A program made the position numbers and the translations under genes. 64,000 nucleotides of DNA from Neocallimastix sp. 'constans' (lineage: Eukaryota). The stretch lies in NCBI GenBank assembly GCA_050613775.1, contig JBODTK010000108.1:186001-250000 (forward strand), in the 5' to 3' direction. Positions 27,816 to 39,758 of this stretch are shown in pieces. The notes under the pieces are model-generated. The model was not told the origin of the DNA, searched no databases, and worked only from the letters and a program-made list of their open reading frames with translations. Every line of letters starts with the position of its first letter. Position 1 is the first letter of the stretch.

Positions 27816-28129
27816 TATAAATGTTAAGGTTTTAGAGAATTAAATAAAAATAAAGTAAGGAAACACAAATTTTATTTATTTATTTATTATTTTTATTTAT
27901 AAATTTATTTGATTTTATTTGATGATATTTAAAAATTAGTAGCAAAATTTACAACTATTTATACTTTTTTCAAGGCATAAAAGTTGTTCTTGCCACTAAA
28001 TTACATTTTATTTATTTTTTTTTTTTTTTTTTTTATAAAAACTATTAAATTTAAATTGATTTTTATAATTAATTATATAAAATTTAATTATAACAATATA
28101 AATAAAATACATTTATAATATTAATAAAA

Positions 28130-28187
<58 letters not shown>

Positions 28188-28702
28188 TTATTTATTTAAA
28201 AATATCTAAAATATTACTAATAAGAATTTATTTAATTGGCTATAATTTTTATTACAATCTGTTAAAATATTCAAATAAAAATAAAAATACTATTCTAATA
28301 TAAAGGTTTTTAATAAAATAAAATATTTTTCAATATAAAATAAAACATTTCGATATAAAATTTTATAATAAAAAGTTAAAATATAATATATAAATTTTTA
28401 ATTATCAATATATAAAAATATTATTAATATAAATTTTCATTATTAATATAAAAAAAAAAATAAGATTTATTATTAATATTGCTAATATAAGTTTTAAATA
28501 TATAAAAATATTACTTTTAATATAAGATTTAATATAAAAATATAAAGTTTAATATAATATTTGATTTAATTTTTGATCTTTGGATTTAAAAATTTATTAA
28601 AGTACAAAAATAATAATGTACACATAATGTATTAGAAATAAATCGTAGATTTAATTAAGAATGCATTATTTAGTACATTCTTATCATTCAGTTAGTAAAA
28701 TT

Positions 28703-28785
28703 AGAACTTTGGTTCAATGGTTAGTTACATTGACCATGACCAATACTTCATGGGTTCGACTCACACCTCAACCCATTTTGCATAA
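28703..28785 (+). promoter_or_regulatory. tRNA-like segment with Pol III A/B boxes in LTR B (second copy ~33916-33998)
   Basis: TGGTTCAATGG (28710-28720) and GGTTCGACTC (28753-28762) at tRNA-like spacing. Confidence 0.6.
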
Positions 28786-29315
28786 ATAATTATTTTATTA
28801 ATTATTTTATTAATTATTAATAATATCTTCTTGAATATTCTTTCTGTATAAAATTATAGAAAGTTAAAGATTCTTTCGGTTCGTAATTCAACCGAAATGA
28901 ATTTAGAAATTCTTATTATATAAATTATTTTATTCTTTTTGATAAGATTCATTTTCATCAATTAAAATCTATATTCTAGAAACTTTACATTATTAATTAC
29001 TACAAACATATTTCTAAATATTTCTTTAAAATTATTTTACATGTTAAAACTGTTTTTCCGTTAAAAGTATAAATAGTGCGAACTTCACGAATGAAAATAT
29101 TTTTCTTCGTGCTTTTATTAATAATAATTAACGTATAAGTAATTCGAAATATTACCTTGTTGATTAATATTAATAATTATTTTAAATTTTATAATTAATA
29201 AAAAATATTTCTAATAAAACGAATTATTTATACAGATAGTGTAAACCTATTGAGTTTTCTCCTTTCTGTGTTTCTATATCTCATCCCGCCTTTACAATAG
29301 AAGCACCTCCGTTAC

Positions 29316-29326
29316 AATAAAAGCAC
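29316..29326 (+). promoter_or_regulatory. Putative self-priming PBS of element B
   Basis: AATAAAAGCAC is complementary to GTGCTTTTATT (29109-29119) in the LTR, downstream of TATAAATA (29068-29075). Confidence 0.7.
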
Positions 29327-29808
29327 CTGCTAATCCAAGCCCTCAATACCTTTACGCTATTCCTCAGACATTCTACCGTACTTTTAGGAATTCTACCTTC
29401 TCAATATCTTTTGACAATCGTTGGGTTTCTACTTTTACTATTCTACTATTAAAGAACAAATACCTACTCTTCCGGTTCTCTCTATCTTAGTCTAATAATC
29501 TTTGAATAAATCTTCTTATCTACTATCTCTTTAATACCGGACTTCTATATCTTTTAATCTCGGATTTTATCTCTTCCCAGACGAATAATTACTGCCTATT
29601 GATTCCTATTCCAATTATCACCTTGTCTGTTCTAAGTTACCTTCACTATTATATAATTTAACCCTTTGAATCTATTATATTACCGGATAATCCTAATCCT
29701 ATGGTTGTTGAAATTAATTCTTATAACAAAAATTCTTGTACTACCCGATCAAATAATTCAAATTAAATTTGTACTACCCTATTAAGATAAAACTTACATT
29801 ACCTTAAC

Positions 29809-29862
<54 letters not shown>

Positions 29863-30201
29863 TTAGATAATATTAAATTAATCTTGTATTACCTTAACCC
29901 TTTAAAATTAATTCTAATATTTACCAACATAATTAATTTATAATTAGATAAATAATATTAAATTAATTTAGTAAAAAAAAAAAAAAAAAATTTTAATTTT
30001 TAGATAAATATTTTAGATTAATTTAGTGAATAAATCAATTAGTTTTAGAAAAAAAAAAAATAATAATAATATTAATAATATTAATAATTATAATAATAAT
30101 TTTTATTTTTAATTATTTTAATAAATTACTTGCTTGAAATAATAGCAAGAAAAACCTGTGCAATTTTATTTTTTATTTATTTATTTATAAAGCGTTTATA
30201 C

Positions 30202-30457
30202 GAGCGAATAGAGCTCATATACAGAGTTAGAAGAATTATCTTCTTTAGTGTTGCACTCGACGAATAGATTTGGTTCTAGACTAGGTAAAACTCTATAAGA
30301 GAGCACCGTAGCCTATTATAAAGGAAAACGGTTCTAGGTTTGCAACAACTCTGGCGAATAAGGAGCTTACGTCACCGAAGGCGTAAGATTAAAACTATAT
30401 AGTATTTTAAAATTTTATTTCGTGCTTACTCGCGGCACTAGTTATAATAGTACTGAC
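30202..30457 (+). ncRNA. Conserved structured leader RNA motif (element B copy)
   Basis: Blocks shared with 27310-27608 (minus strand). Confidence 0.7.
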
Positions 30458-31109
30458 GGTTTTTTCTATAGTTGTGAGTCAATAGTACTATTCTATTTTA
30501 TCAATCAATAATTTTATAATTAATATTATTATTTTATAATTAAGAAAACAAAGATTAAAATATAAATATAAGGTTTATACGACTTCCAAAGCGACAGAAG
30601 TTGGTCTCTGTTTTCGTAACATTTTAGTGTTCAGATACTATTGATATAGGGGAAAATAATTTGTTTTATTCTTTTCAGCTAACAATAAGTTAGATATAAT
30701 AAAGAATCTAACAATATTACTTCCTTTTGTCTATAAGACATTAACAATCGATTTTATCTGCGTTATCACTAAAAGGCTAAAGGAACTTATCGTATAAAAC
30801 TTTGATAGATTATATATTTAGTTGGTCCAATACTATATAATCTAGTTTATATTTCAGTAATTTTTGATAAATAATTATAAAATAAAAATATTTAATTATA
30901 AAATATTATAAAGTGTTATTAAAATTTTGTGTTCTTATCCATTAACCTTGGAAACCTACCAATAAACAACTTTTGAACTTTTGGAATCTCTACTACCTAT
31001 TTACCTTTTGGATTATTGGAATCTCTACTACCACTTTGGGAACTTCTGGATTCTACCGCCTATTCTTTACCTTTGAAAACTTATTCTACTCTACCTTATT
31101 TATTTCAAT

Positions 31110-33554
31110 ATGGACAACTATAACCAAGAAAATCCTACCTTTAAGGACGGTTTTGCTGGTGATCGTCGATTCTTTAAAGGATTTCTAGCTAAAATGGAAC
31201 TTATTTTTATGATTCAACCGGAAAGATTCGCAAACGATGAAGCTAAAGTAATCTATATCATTTCTCGTTTGTATGGAAACGCCATGAATTGGGCTGCTAC
31301 TCTCATTGAAAACCAAGATCCTTGTCTCCTTAATTATAATCAATTCATTGCTAGATTAAAATCAGTATTTGGAAGCTACGATTCTACCTTTATTGCGAAC
31401 CAGAAATTAAGAACAATCAAACAAAAACGAATTGGTGAAGTCAGAAATTATATTTTAGAATTTAATAAATACGCCGATGAATCTTCTTGGAATGAAGAAG
31501 CCAAGATGGACGCCTTTCTTGCCGGCCTACACGACCATATTGCTACTAGAATTTTAGAAATGTTTCCTGGACCTCAAACCCTCTTTGCTATGCAAACAAT
31601 TGCATCTAGAATCGATAATCGTATCTCTACTCATAGACAATTTTCCAATCTTCAAGGTCAAAATTCAAATAATAGTAATAATAATAAAAATAAAAAGGGC
31701 AAAAAATCATTCTTTTTCCAAAAACAATTTAAATCCAAACCTCATGGACCTCTATCTCAAGAAGAAAAAGAAAGAAGAAGAAGAGAAAATCTTTGTTTAT
31801 ATTGTGGATCCTCTGAACATTCTCTCGACAATTGTCCACTTAAAAATAAATATAAAAATAAAAATAAACCTTCATCAAGTAGCACTTATGTTTCTAATCC
31901 CGAATCAAAACCTATATCTAGACCCAGAGTTTCTGACTCAAATCTTCCTATTTACGAATTTTCTTTAAGTATTGATAATACAAATTCTACTGCTAAAATT
32001 CTTCTCGATACTGGTTCTCAAATCAATTTAATGGATATCTACTATATTAAAGAAAATAATATCCCGTATTCAACCAAAACTAATTTCCCTAAGGTATCTG
32101 GCATCGGTGGAAAGCAAACTATTCTTGGAAAAACTCTTCCTATTTCCATCACTTATAATAACCATAAATGTAAAACTCAATTCTATGTGGTTGACCTTCC
32201 TTCTTATTGTGCTATTTTAGGTTTCGAATGGATTTCTACTCACAATCCTGATATTGACTTCAAAAATAAAGTCTTAAGATTTAATTCCAATTATTGCGTT
32301 GAAAATTGTTTAATCATCCCTAACTCCTTTACTTCTTATGTTCCTTTAAATACTACTAAACAAAATGACAAAAATGAAAATGAAGAAATCAATAATAAAA
32401 TAAGCAAATCATTACCAAAAAAATTACTTCCATTTATAGACACTTTCAGTGAAATATACACTAATGAATCACCTCCTTATTGTCCTTTTGATAGCGAGAT
32501 TAAACCCAAACAAAATGAAAAACTTCATTATGACCCAATCTACCCCTTAACTGTAAAAGAACCTCTAGCTTCGAAGAAATATATTAAAGAAAATGAAGAC
32601 AAAAAATTTATTAGTAAATCTAAATCTCCAGCTGCCGCTTCTATTTTATTTGTTCCCAAGAAAGACCTAAATGATCTCTTTCGTATTCATAAACCACCCT
32701 CCGATTTTTTTTCCGATAAAGATTCTCAATTCACTTCAAAATTTTGGTCAGCTATTTGTAAATCTTTCAATATCACAACGAAACTTGCTTCTCCCTTCCA
32801 TCACCAAACCAATGGTTTAACGGAGAGGGTGAACTCCGTTATTGAACAATACTTAAGATGTTATTCAAACTTTAAAGGTTCTGATTGGTATAATTTTTTA
32901 TTCCTAGCAGAATTCAGTTATAATAATTCAATTCAAGAATCAATTAAGCACTCACCTTTTTATTCAAACTATGGATATAATCCAAGATATTCACCATCAA
33001 TTCCAAACAGTACAGATGTTCCTAGAGCTGATGAATTTACAAAAGATTTTTCAGAATTATTCAAAACACTTAATGGAAATTTACAACAAGCAAGAAATAA
33101 GCAAGAAGAATTTGCAAACAAACATCGTATTGAAGCTCCAAATTTTAAACCTGGTGATAAAGTGTGGATTAATAGTTCACTTATAATTCATAATGGAAAT
33201 AAAAAACTTAAACCCAGAAAACTTGGTCCATATAAAATCATTAAGAAAATTTCTCCCGTTTCATATAAGTTAGACTTACCAAAAGAAATCAGAATCCATC
33301 CTGTAATACATGTTTCTGAACTTGAACCATTTTATGAAGATCACTTTGGACGAAAGAAAGAACCACCACCACCGATAATTATTGACAATGAAGAAGAATA
33401 CGAAGTTGAAAAAATTCTTGATAAAAGGAAACATTATGGCAAAACCCAATATCTTATTAAATGGAAAGGTTATCCTTTATCTGAAGCATCTTGGGAACCC
33501 GAAGAAAATTTAAATTGCCCCAAACTCTTAAAAGAATTTAACAATAATAACTAA
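31110..33554 (+). CDS. Element B polyprotein: Gag-protease-(RT/RH deleted)-integrase C-terminal part-chromodomain
   Basis: Retrotransposon gag, [20 protein letters not shown], junction [36 protein letters not shown]...YLIKWKGY...SWEP. Confidence 0.93.
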   Translation: MDNYNQENPTFKDGFAGDRRFFKGFLAKMELIFMIQPERFANDEAKVIYIISRLYGNAMNWAATLIENQDPCLLNYNQFIARLKSVFGSYDSTFIANQKLRTIKQKRIGEVRNYILEFNKYADESSWNEEAKMDAFLAGLHDHIATRILEMFPGPQTLFAMQTIASRIDNRISTHRQFSNLQGQNSNNSNNNKNKKGKKSFFFQKQFKSKPHGPLSQEEKERRRRENLCLYCGSSEHSLDNCPLKNKYKNKNKPSSSSTYVSNPESKPISRPRVSDSNLPIYEFSLSIDNTNSTAKILLDTGSQINLMDIYYIKENNIPYSTKTNFPKVSGIGGKQTILGKTLPISITYNNHKCKTQFYVVDLPSYCAILGFEWISTHNPDIDFKNKVLRFNSNYCVENCLIIPNSFTSYVPLNTTKQNDKNENEEINNKISKSLPKKLLPFIDTFSEIYTNESPPYCPFDSEIKPKQNEKLHYDPIYPLTVKEPLASKKYIKENEDKKFISKSKSPAAASILFVPKKDLNDLFRIHKPPSDFFSDKDSQFTSKFWSAICKSFNITTKLASPFHHQTNGLTERVNSVIEQYLRCYSNFKGSDWYNFLFLAEFSYNNSIQESIKHSPFYSNYGYNPRYSPSIPNSTDVPRADEFTKDFSELFKTLNGNLQQARNKQEEFANKHRIEAPNFKPGDKVWINSSLIIHNGNKKLKPRKLGPYKIIKKISPVSYKLDLPKEIRIHPVIHVSELEPFYEDHFGRKKEPPPPIIIDNEEEYEVEKILDKRKHYGKTQYLIKWKGYPLSEASWEPEENLNCPKLLKEFNNNN

Positions 33555-34759
33555 AATTAAAACTTGAAAATGAATCTTCACTTTATTAATATCAAACTTA
33601 TATTAATTTATTAATATCAATATTACTAAATATTATTTTATATTATTAAATATTATTAATATTCATGTATTCTTATTATATATTATATTCATGTAACTTT
33701 ATTAATATCATGTAATTTTATTCAAAAAAAGTTCGTACTATAAAATGGTTAATTATTATTTTTATTTTATTTTATTTTATTTTAGTTTAGTTTAATTTAG
33801 TTTAGTTTAGTTTAGTTTGCTTAATTTTAGTATAAGTTATGCCTAACTGTTAGATTCGTCTGGCATCCGAATCCTGGAGGCGGACCATGTAACGAAATCT
33901 TCAGTTAGTAAAATTAGAACTTTGGTTCAATGGTTAGTTACATTGACCATGACCAATACTTCATGGGTTCGACTCACACCTCAACCCATTTTGCATAAAT
34001 AATTATTTTATTAATTATTTTATTAATTATTAATAATATCTTCTTGAATATTCTTTCTGTATAAAATTATAGAAAGTTAAAGATTCTTTCGGTTCGTAAT
34101 TCAACCGAAATGAATTTAGAAATTCTTATTATATAAATTATTTTATTCTTTTTGATAAGATTCATTTTCATCAATTAAAATCTATATTCTAGAAACTTTA
34201 CATTATTAATTACTACAAACATATTTCTAAATATTTCTTTAAAATTATTTTACATGTTAAAACTGTTTTTCCGTTAAAAGTATAAATAGTGCGAACTTCA
34301 CGAATGAAAATATTTTTCTTCGTGCTTTTATTAATAATAATTAACGTATAAGTAATTCGAAATATTACCTTGTTGATTAATATTAATAATTATTTTAAAT
34401 TTTATAATTAATAAAAAATATTTCTAATAAAACGAATTATTTATACAGATAGTGTAAACCTATTGAGTTTTCTCCTTTCTGTGTTTCTATATCTCATCCC
34501 GCCTTTACAATAGAAGCACCTCCGTTACAAATGACAACACATGGTTTACCTCTTTGGTTTTACGTACTCTTGACAACTCATGGATTAACTCTTTGGTTTT
34601 TACGTCATTTTATTTATTTTAATTAGTTAAAAATTTTATTTTCTTTAATAAAATAGTTTGTAATATTCAAAAATAATTTATAATAATCAATTAATGCTTA
34701 TGATAATTTCATTTATTAAGAGTCTCAAAATAATATGTTCATTTAATATATTTCACGTT

Positions 34760-34801
<42 letters not shown>

Positions 34802-35042
34802 CGTGTTAACTTCATGTAGGGGAATTTCTTGTATTAAGTTATTAGATATTTACGCGTTTTCAGAATTTTTGAAATTTAGTGATCTAAATTTCAATCTTGA
34901 TCAATTTTGATTTAAATTCCAAAAAATTGACATAATGGCAACCTTTATCATAATATTCTTCTTTTAACTTCTTTATGTCCTTCTTGACATAATATTGTTT
35001 CCGGCAAAAAATTCTTTTGCTAAGAATCTTTTTAAGAGTCAG

Positions 35043-35057
35043 ATGAGACTCTTAATC
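35043..35057 (-). promoter_or_regulatory. Element C PBS complementary to the tRNA-Lys(CTT) anticodon arm
   Basis: + strand ATGAGACTCTTAATC abuts the LTR and matches the eukaryotic tRNA-Lys(CTT) anticodon arm as I recall it. Confidence 0.75.
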
Positions 35058-35290
35058 TGTTAAGAGTCATGAATTTGTGGTTTATAATTATGTCAATTTT
35101 ATTAATATATTTTATGATAAAGAGTTACAAATATTAAATTATATTAATTTACATGCTTTTATATTAACATATTGTGGCTTATACATTACATTACATACAT
35201 TACATTTTAATATTTAAACTCATATTTCACATATTCTAACACGGTTTATAAGAATTAATATTATTAAAAATTTATTGGGCTTTATTCAAT

Positions 35291-37973
35291 CTATACTATA
35301 AATTTCAAAATATTTTTACTTCCTTTATTAACATACTTGAGATTACCATTTTTGAAAAGAAAGATTTGAGTACAGTATTTATAAAAATCTAAATATTTAG
35401 AAACAATTTCGTCACTTTCTTCCGAATAATTCTTATTACATTCACAGGAGAATGATCTATGTATAATGCATTTTTCAAGTTTTTCTGCAATAAAGTAATT
35501 ATGAGTATTATTATCTTCTTGTCGTAAGATGTAATAAACTTTTTCCCATATAAATAGAAAGAAAATCATTAGATAGCAAATAGAATTTGTTGTAATGCAA
35601 AATCCTAAAATAATATTACTTTTATTTTGTATTGTTAAATTGCTAATTAACTGTTAAAATAATAAAATTTAAGTATTAATATATATAGCAACAATAATAA
35701 TAATAGACATTCAAATAATTGATGTTAATAATAATAAAAGTAATAGTGAATTAATTATTATTATTATATATGTAATAAAAAGATTATTTTTTTTTTTTTT
35801 TTTTTTAAATTTATATTATTATTATATATTTTAATATATACATCAATTAGTGGTCCAAGTGTTGTCCATATCATACATGCATAGCTAATATATCTTGTAC
35901 ATTTAAAAATATAAGTATATTTCCATATTTTTCTTGTACTTAAAACTAAATATAATATTAATACAGATTCAATTGCAGTCATTCCTAAACTTAGAGTTCT
36001 TAATGGACATTCATATCTCCAATTATAATTATATTCTTGTTTATATTTTGTTTCTTTATTTTTTAAAATGAAAGTTGTAATGATAAGAAAAACCCATAAT
36101 GCAATATATATAATACAAAATTCTAAAGCTAATGAATGAAGTAATAAAATACGTTTATTTATTTTTTTAGCAACTGATTGACTTACTGAAGATACATCAT
36201 TCTCATCAGTAGTTTTTGATTCTATTTCTTGATTAATTTGATTTGAAGATGATCGAATGATGGAATTATCTTTAAATGATTCACTTGTAAATGGTAATGT
36301 ATTACTACCTGTATAATTAATTAAATTTAATCCTAATTTACGAGCAGTTTTTATATAAAAAGTAAAAATCATATAAATTAATATAATTCCACTGTGTTTG
36401 AAAATAAATTCCAGTACACAACTATTATAATTTTTAAATGGGTTGAAATTGAGACTTATTAAAACGAATAAGAGTCCAAATAAAACTAATTCACATTTAC
36501 TAAATCCTGTATCTTCAATAATTTTTTTATTTCTATTTAAAAAAATAAATATTATTCCTATAATTATTATTATTATTATGGGAATAGTTACAATATGTGA
36601 TATATTGCTATTTATATTTATAATATATTAAAAATTTTAATAATTAATATAATATATTATTAGTACAATAAATAAAACTTATATTTTAGTAGATTTAATT
36701 CAATATATATTAAATTTATATATATACTAAATTTAAAAGAAAAAAAAAAAAAAAAATAAAATATAACATATATATTCTTTTCAAAAATGAAATATAAAAT
36801 TTTACAAATAATTATATTTGACAAAAACTCTTTTATCACAGTTAATTTCTTCCCATCCTGGTAGACATTTACATTGATTTAATTCAATACTGTTTATATT
36901 TTCTTTATAACCTTTTATACACTCTGCTGTTCCATTTAAAATTGGACAACTTTCTTCACAAATAGGATTTTCACAAGAATAAAAGTTATGTTTGTCTGTA
37001 ATTTTAATTTGCTCTTTATCACATTTCTCAAGTTTTACATTTATTTCTTTATTGGTGAGAATAACTTTATTGTTCTCATGTTCTAAAGATATTTTTAACT
37101 TAACATTACCAGGATCAGTACTAAATATTTTAAAATTATTTAGATCACAAATACCTGAAATATATTATTATATATTAATAATAATTATAATAATAAAAAA
37201 AAAAAAGTTCGTTTATAACATTTATGAATTTTTATGATTAATTAAATAAAATATAATTAATAATAAAAAGTCAAAATAAATATACCATTTGAAAAAAAGC
37301 ACATATTTCCATTTAATTTATACTTATTATTATCTTCATTTGCAATACTAATTTTTAATCCCATATTTGAATATAATTTTGATTCATCCTTAATAATTTG
37401 ATTAAATTCATCAGTAAGATTAAATTTTAAAGGAAATGAATCACCACTTTTTATAACAAAATTATTAATATCTAATTTCAATAAATCAGTCATATATGGA
37501 TCTGTAGCATAGTTATTTCCATGAGATTCAGCTGTGTTATGTATATATTTAAAATTTTTATTTTCCATGAAAATAAACTTGTTTTCTATATTATTTTCAT
37601 CATTTTTACTATTTTCATTATCAATATATACGACTCCTCCAGCATATGCGTGATTTTCAGTAAATGTTACATTCCTTATATTTTGAAAATTTAAATATTC
37701 ATAATCTGAAAATATTACTCCACCGAAGTATTCAGCTCTATTCTTATTAAAAATCAAATCTACTAATTCGATAGTATTTTCATTTAAATGATTATTGGAT
37801 TGACCGAAATATATTACACCACCGTTTATTCCATAATTATTTTCAAAAACACTTGATAAAATTTTCATATTTAATGAATCAATATTTGTAAAACATCTAT
37901 ATATTAAAATAAATATGTTAATATATATATTTAAAAAATCAAAAATTTTTTATATTATATATATATAATAAAC

Positions 37974-38021
<48 letters not shown>

Positions 38022-39727
38022 TTGAGTAATTAAATTAATTATAAAAAATTACATACAATGAACCACCATGATTTTTAATCGTATTATCTTTAAATATGGA
38101 ATTAGTTATTGTTAAATCAATGTCTTTTTCATATGTCAGTAAACCACAATTGAATTTATTTATATTTTTATTATCATAGATATTAAGATTATCGAAAGTA
38201 ATAAATGACTAAATAAATAAAATGGGGATGAAATTTATTAAAATAAAATAAAATAAAATAAAATAAAATAAAATAAAATAAAATAAAATAAAATAAAATA
38301 AAATAAAATAAAATAAATAGTAGAATATAAATATAAGTACAGATTGAATAAAATAAAATAAAATAAAATAAAATAAAATAAAATAAAATAAAATAAAATA
38401 AAATAAATAGTAGAATATAAATATAAGTACAGATTGAATAAAATAAAATAAAATAAAATAAAATAAAATAAAATAAAATAAATAGTAGAATATAAATATA
38501 AGTACAGATTGAATAAAATAAAATAAAATAAAATAAAATAAAATAAATAGTAGAATATAAATATAAGTACAGATTGAATAAAATAAAATAAAATAAAATA
38601 AAATAAAATAAAATAAAATAAAATAAAATAAATAGTAGAATATAAATATAAGTACAGATTGAATAAAATAAAATAAAATAAAATAAAATAAAATAAATAG
38701 TAGAATATAAATATAAGTACAGATTGAATAAAATAAAATAAAATAAAATAAAATAAAATAAAATAAAATAAAATAAAATAAAATAAAATAAAATAAAATA
38801 AAATAAAATAAAATAAAATAAAATAAAATAAAATGAAATAAAATAAAATAAAATAAAATAAAATAAAATAAAATAAAATAAAATGAAATAAAATAAAATA
38901 AAATGAAATAAAATAAAATGAAATAAAATAAAATAAAATAAAATAAAATAAAATAAAATAAAATAAAATAAAATAAAATAAAATAAAATAAAATAAAATA
39001 AAATAAAATAAAATAAAATAAAATAAAATAAAATAAAATAAAATAAAATAAAATAAAATAAAATAAAATAAAATAAAATAAAATAAAATAAAATAAAATA
39101 AAATAAAATAAAATAAAATAAAATAAAATAAAATAAAATAAAATAAAATAAAATAAAATAAAATAAAATAAAATAAAATAAAATAAAATAAAATAAAATA
39201 AAATAAAATAAAATAAAATAAAATAAAATAAAATAAAATAAAATAAATAAAATAAAATAAAATAAAATAAAATAAAATAAAATAAAATAAAATAAAATAA
39301 AATAAAATGAAATAAAATAAAATAAATAGTAGAAATATGAATATAAAGTTCAGATTTAATAAAATAAAATAAAATAAAATAAAATAAAATAAATAGTAGA
39401 AATATGAATATAAAGTACAGATTAAATAAAATAAAATAAAATAAAATAAAATAAAATAAAATAAAATAAAATAAAATAAAATAAAATAAAATAAAATAAA
39501 ATAAAATAAAATAAAATAAAATAAAATAAAATAAAATAAAATAAAATAAAATAAAATAAAATAAAATAAAATAAAATAAATATAATAAAATAAAATAAAA
39601 TAAAATAAAATAAAATAAAATAAAATAAAATAAAATAAAATAAAATAAAATAAAATAAAATAAAATAAAATAAAATAAAATAAAATAAAATAAAATAAAA
39701 TAAAATAAAATAAAATAAAAATATATT

Positions 39728-39758
<31 letters not shown>

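Larger units (their letters stand above)
20646..28686 (-). mobile_element. Element A: full-length Ty3/gypsy LTR retrotransposon
   Basis: LTRs 20646-21511 and 27822-28686, apparently identical except homopolymer length; 4-bp TSD TTCA; PBS, gag and pol present. Confidence 0.96.
20630..34529 (+). mobile_element. Element B: chromodomain Ty3/gypsy (chromovirus), RT/RNase H deleted
   Basis: 5' LTR split into 20630-20645 + 28691-29316; 3' LTR 33888-34529 (642 bp, TGTAACG...CGTTACA); 5-bp TSD AATGA. Confidence 0.95.
20057..35241 (-). mobile_element. Element C: non-coding TRIM-like LTR element (probably copia-dependent), host of the nest
   Basis: LTRs 20057-20242 and 35058-35241 (TGTTA...TAACA, differing by a 2-bp indel); 5-bp TSD CGGTT; PPT (TTCCCCCCTA on +) at 20243-20252; own internal sequence ~0.9 kb with no ORF. 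Confidence 0.93.

Noticed and set aside
28703..28785. Functional tRNA gene
   Set aside because: No acceptor stem and an irregular anticodon arm; it is part of the LTR
30340..30370. HDV-like or hammerhead ribozyme call from GGCGAA
   Set aside because: Could not build P1/P1.1/P3 or find a CUGAUGA core by eye
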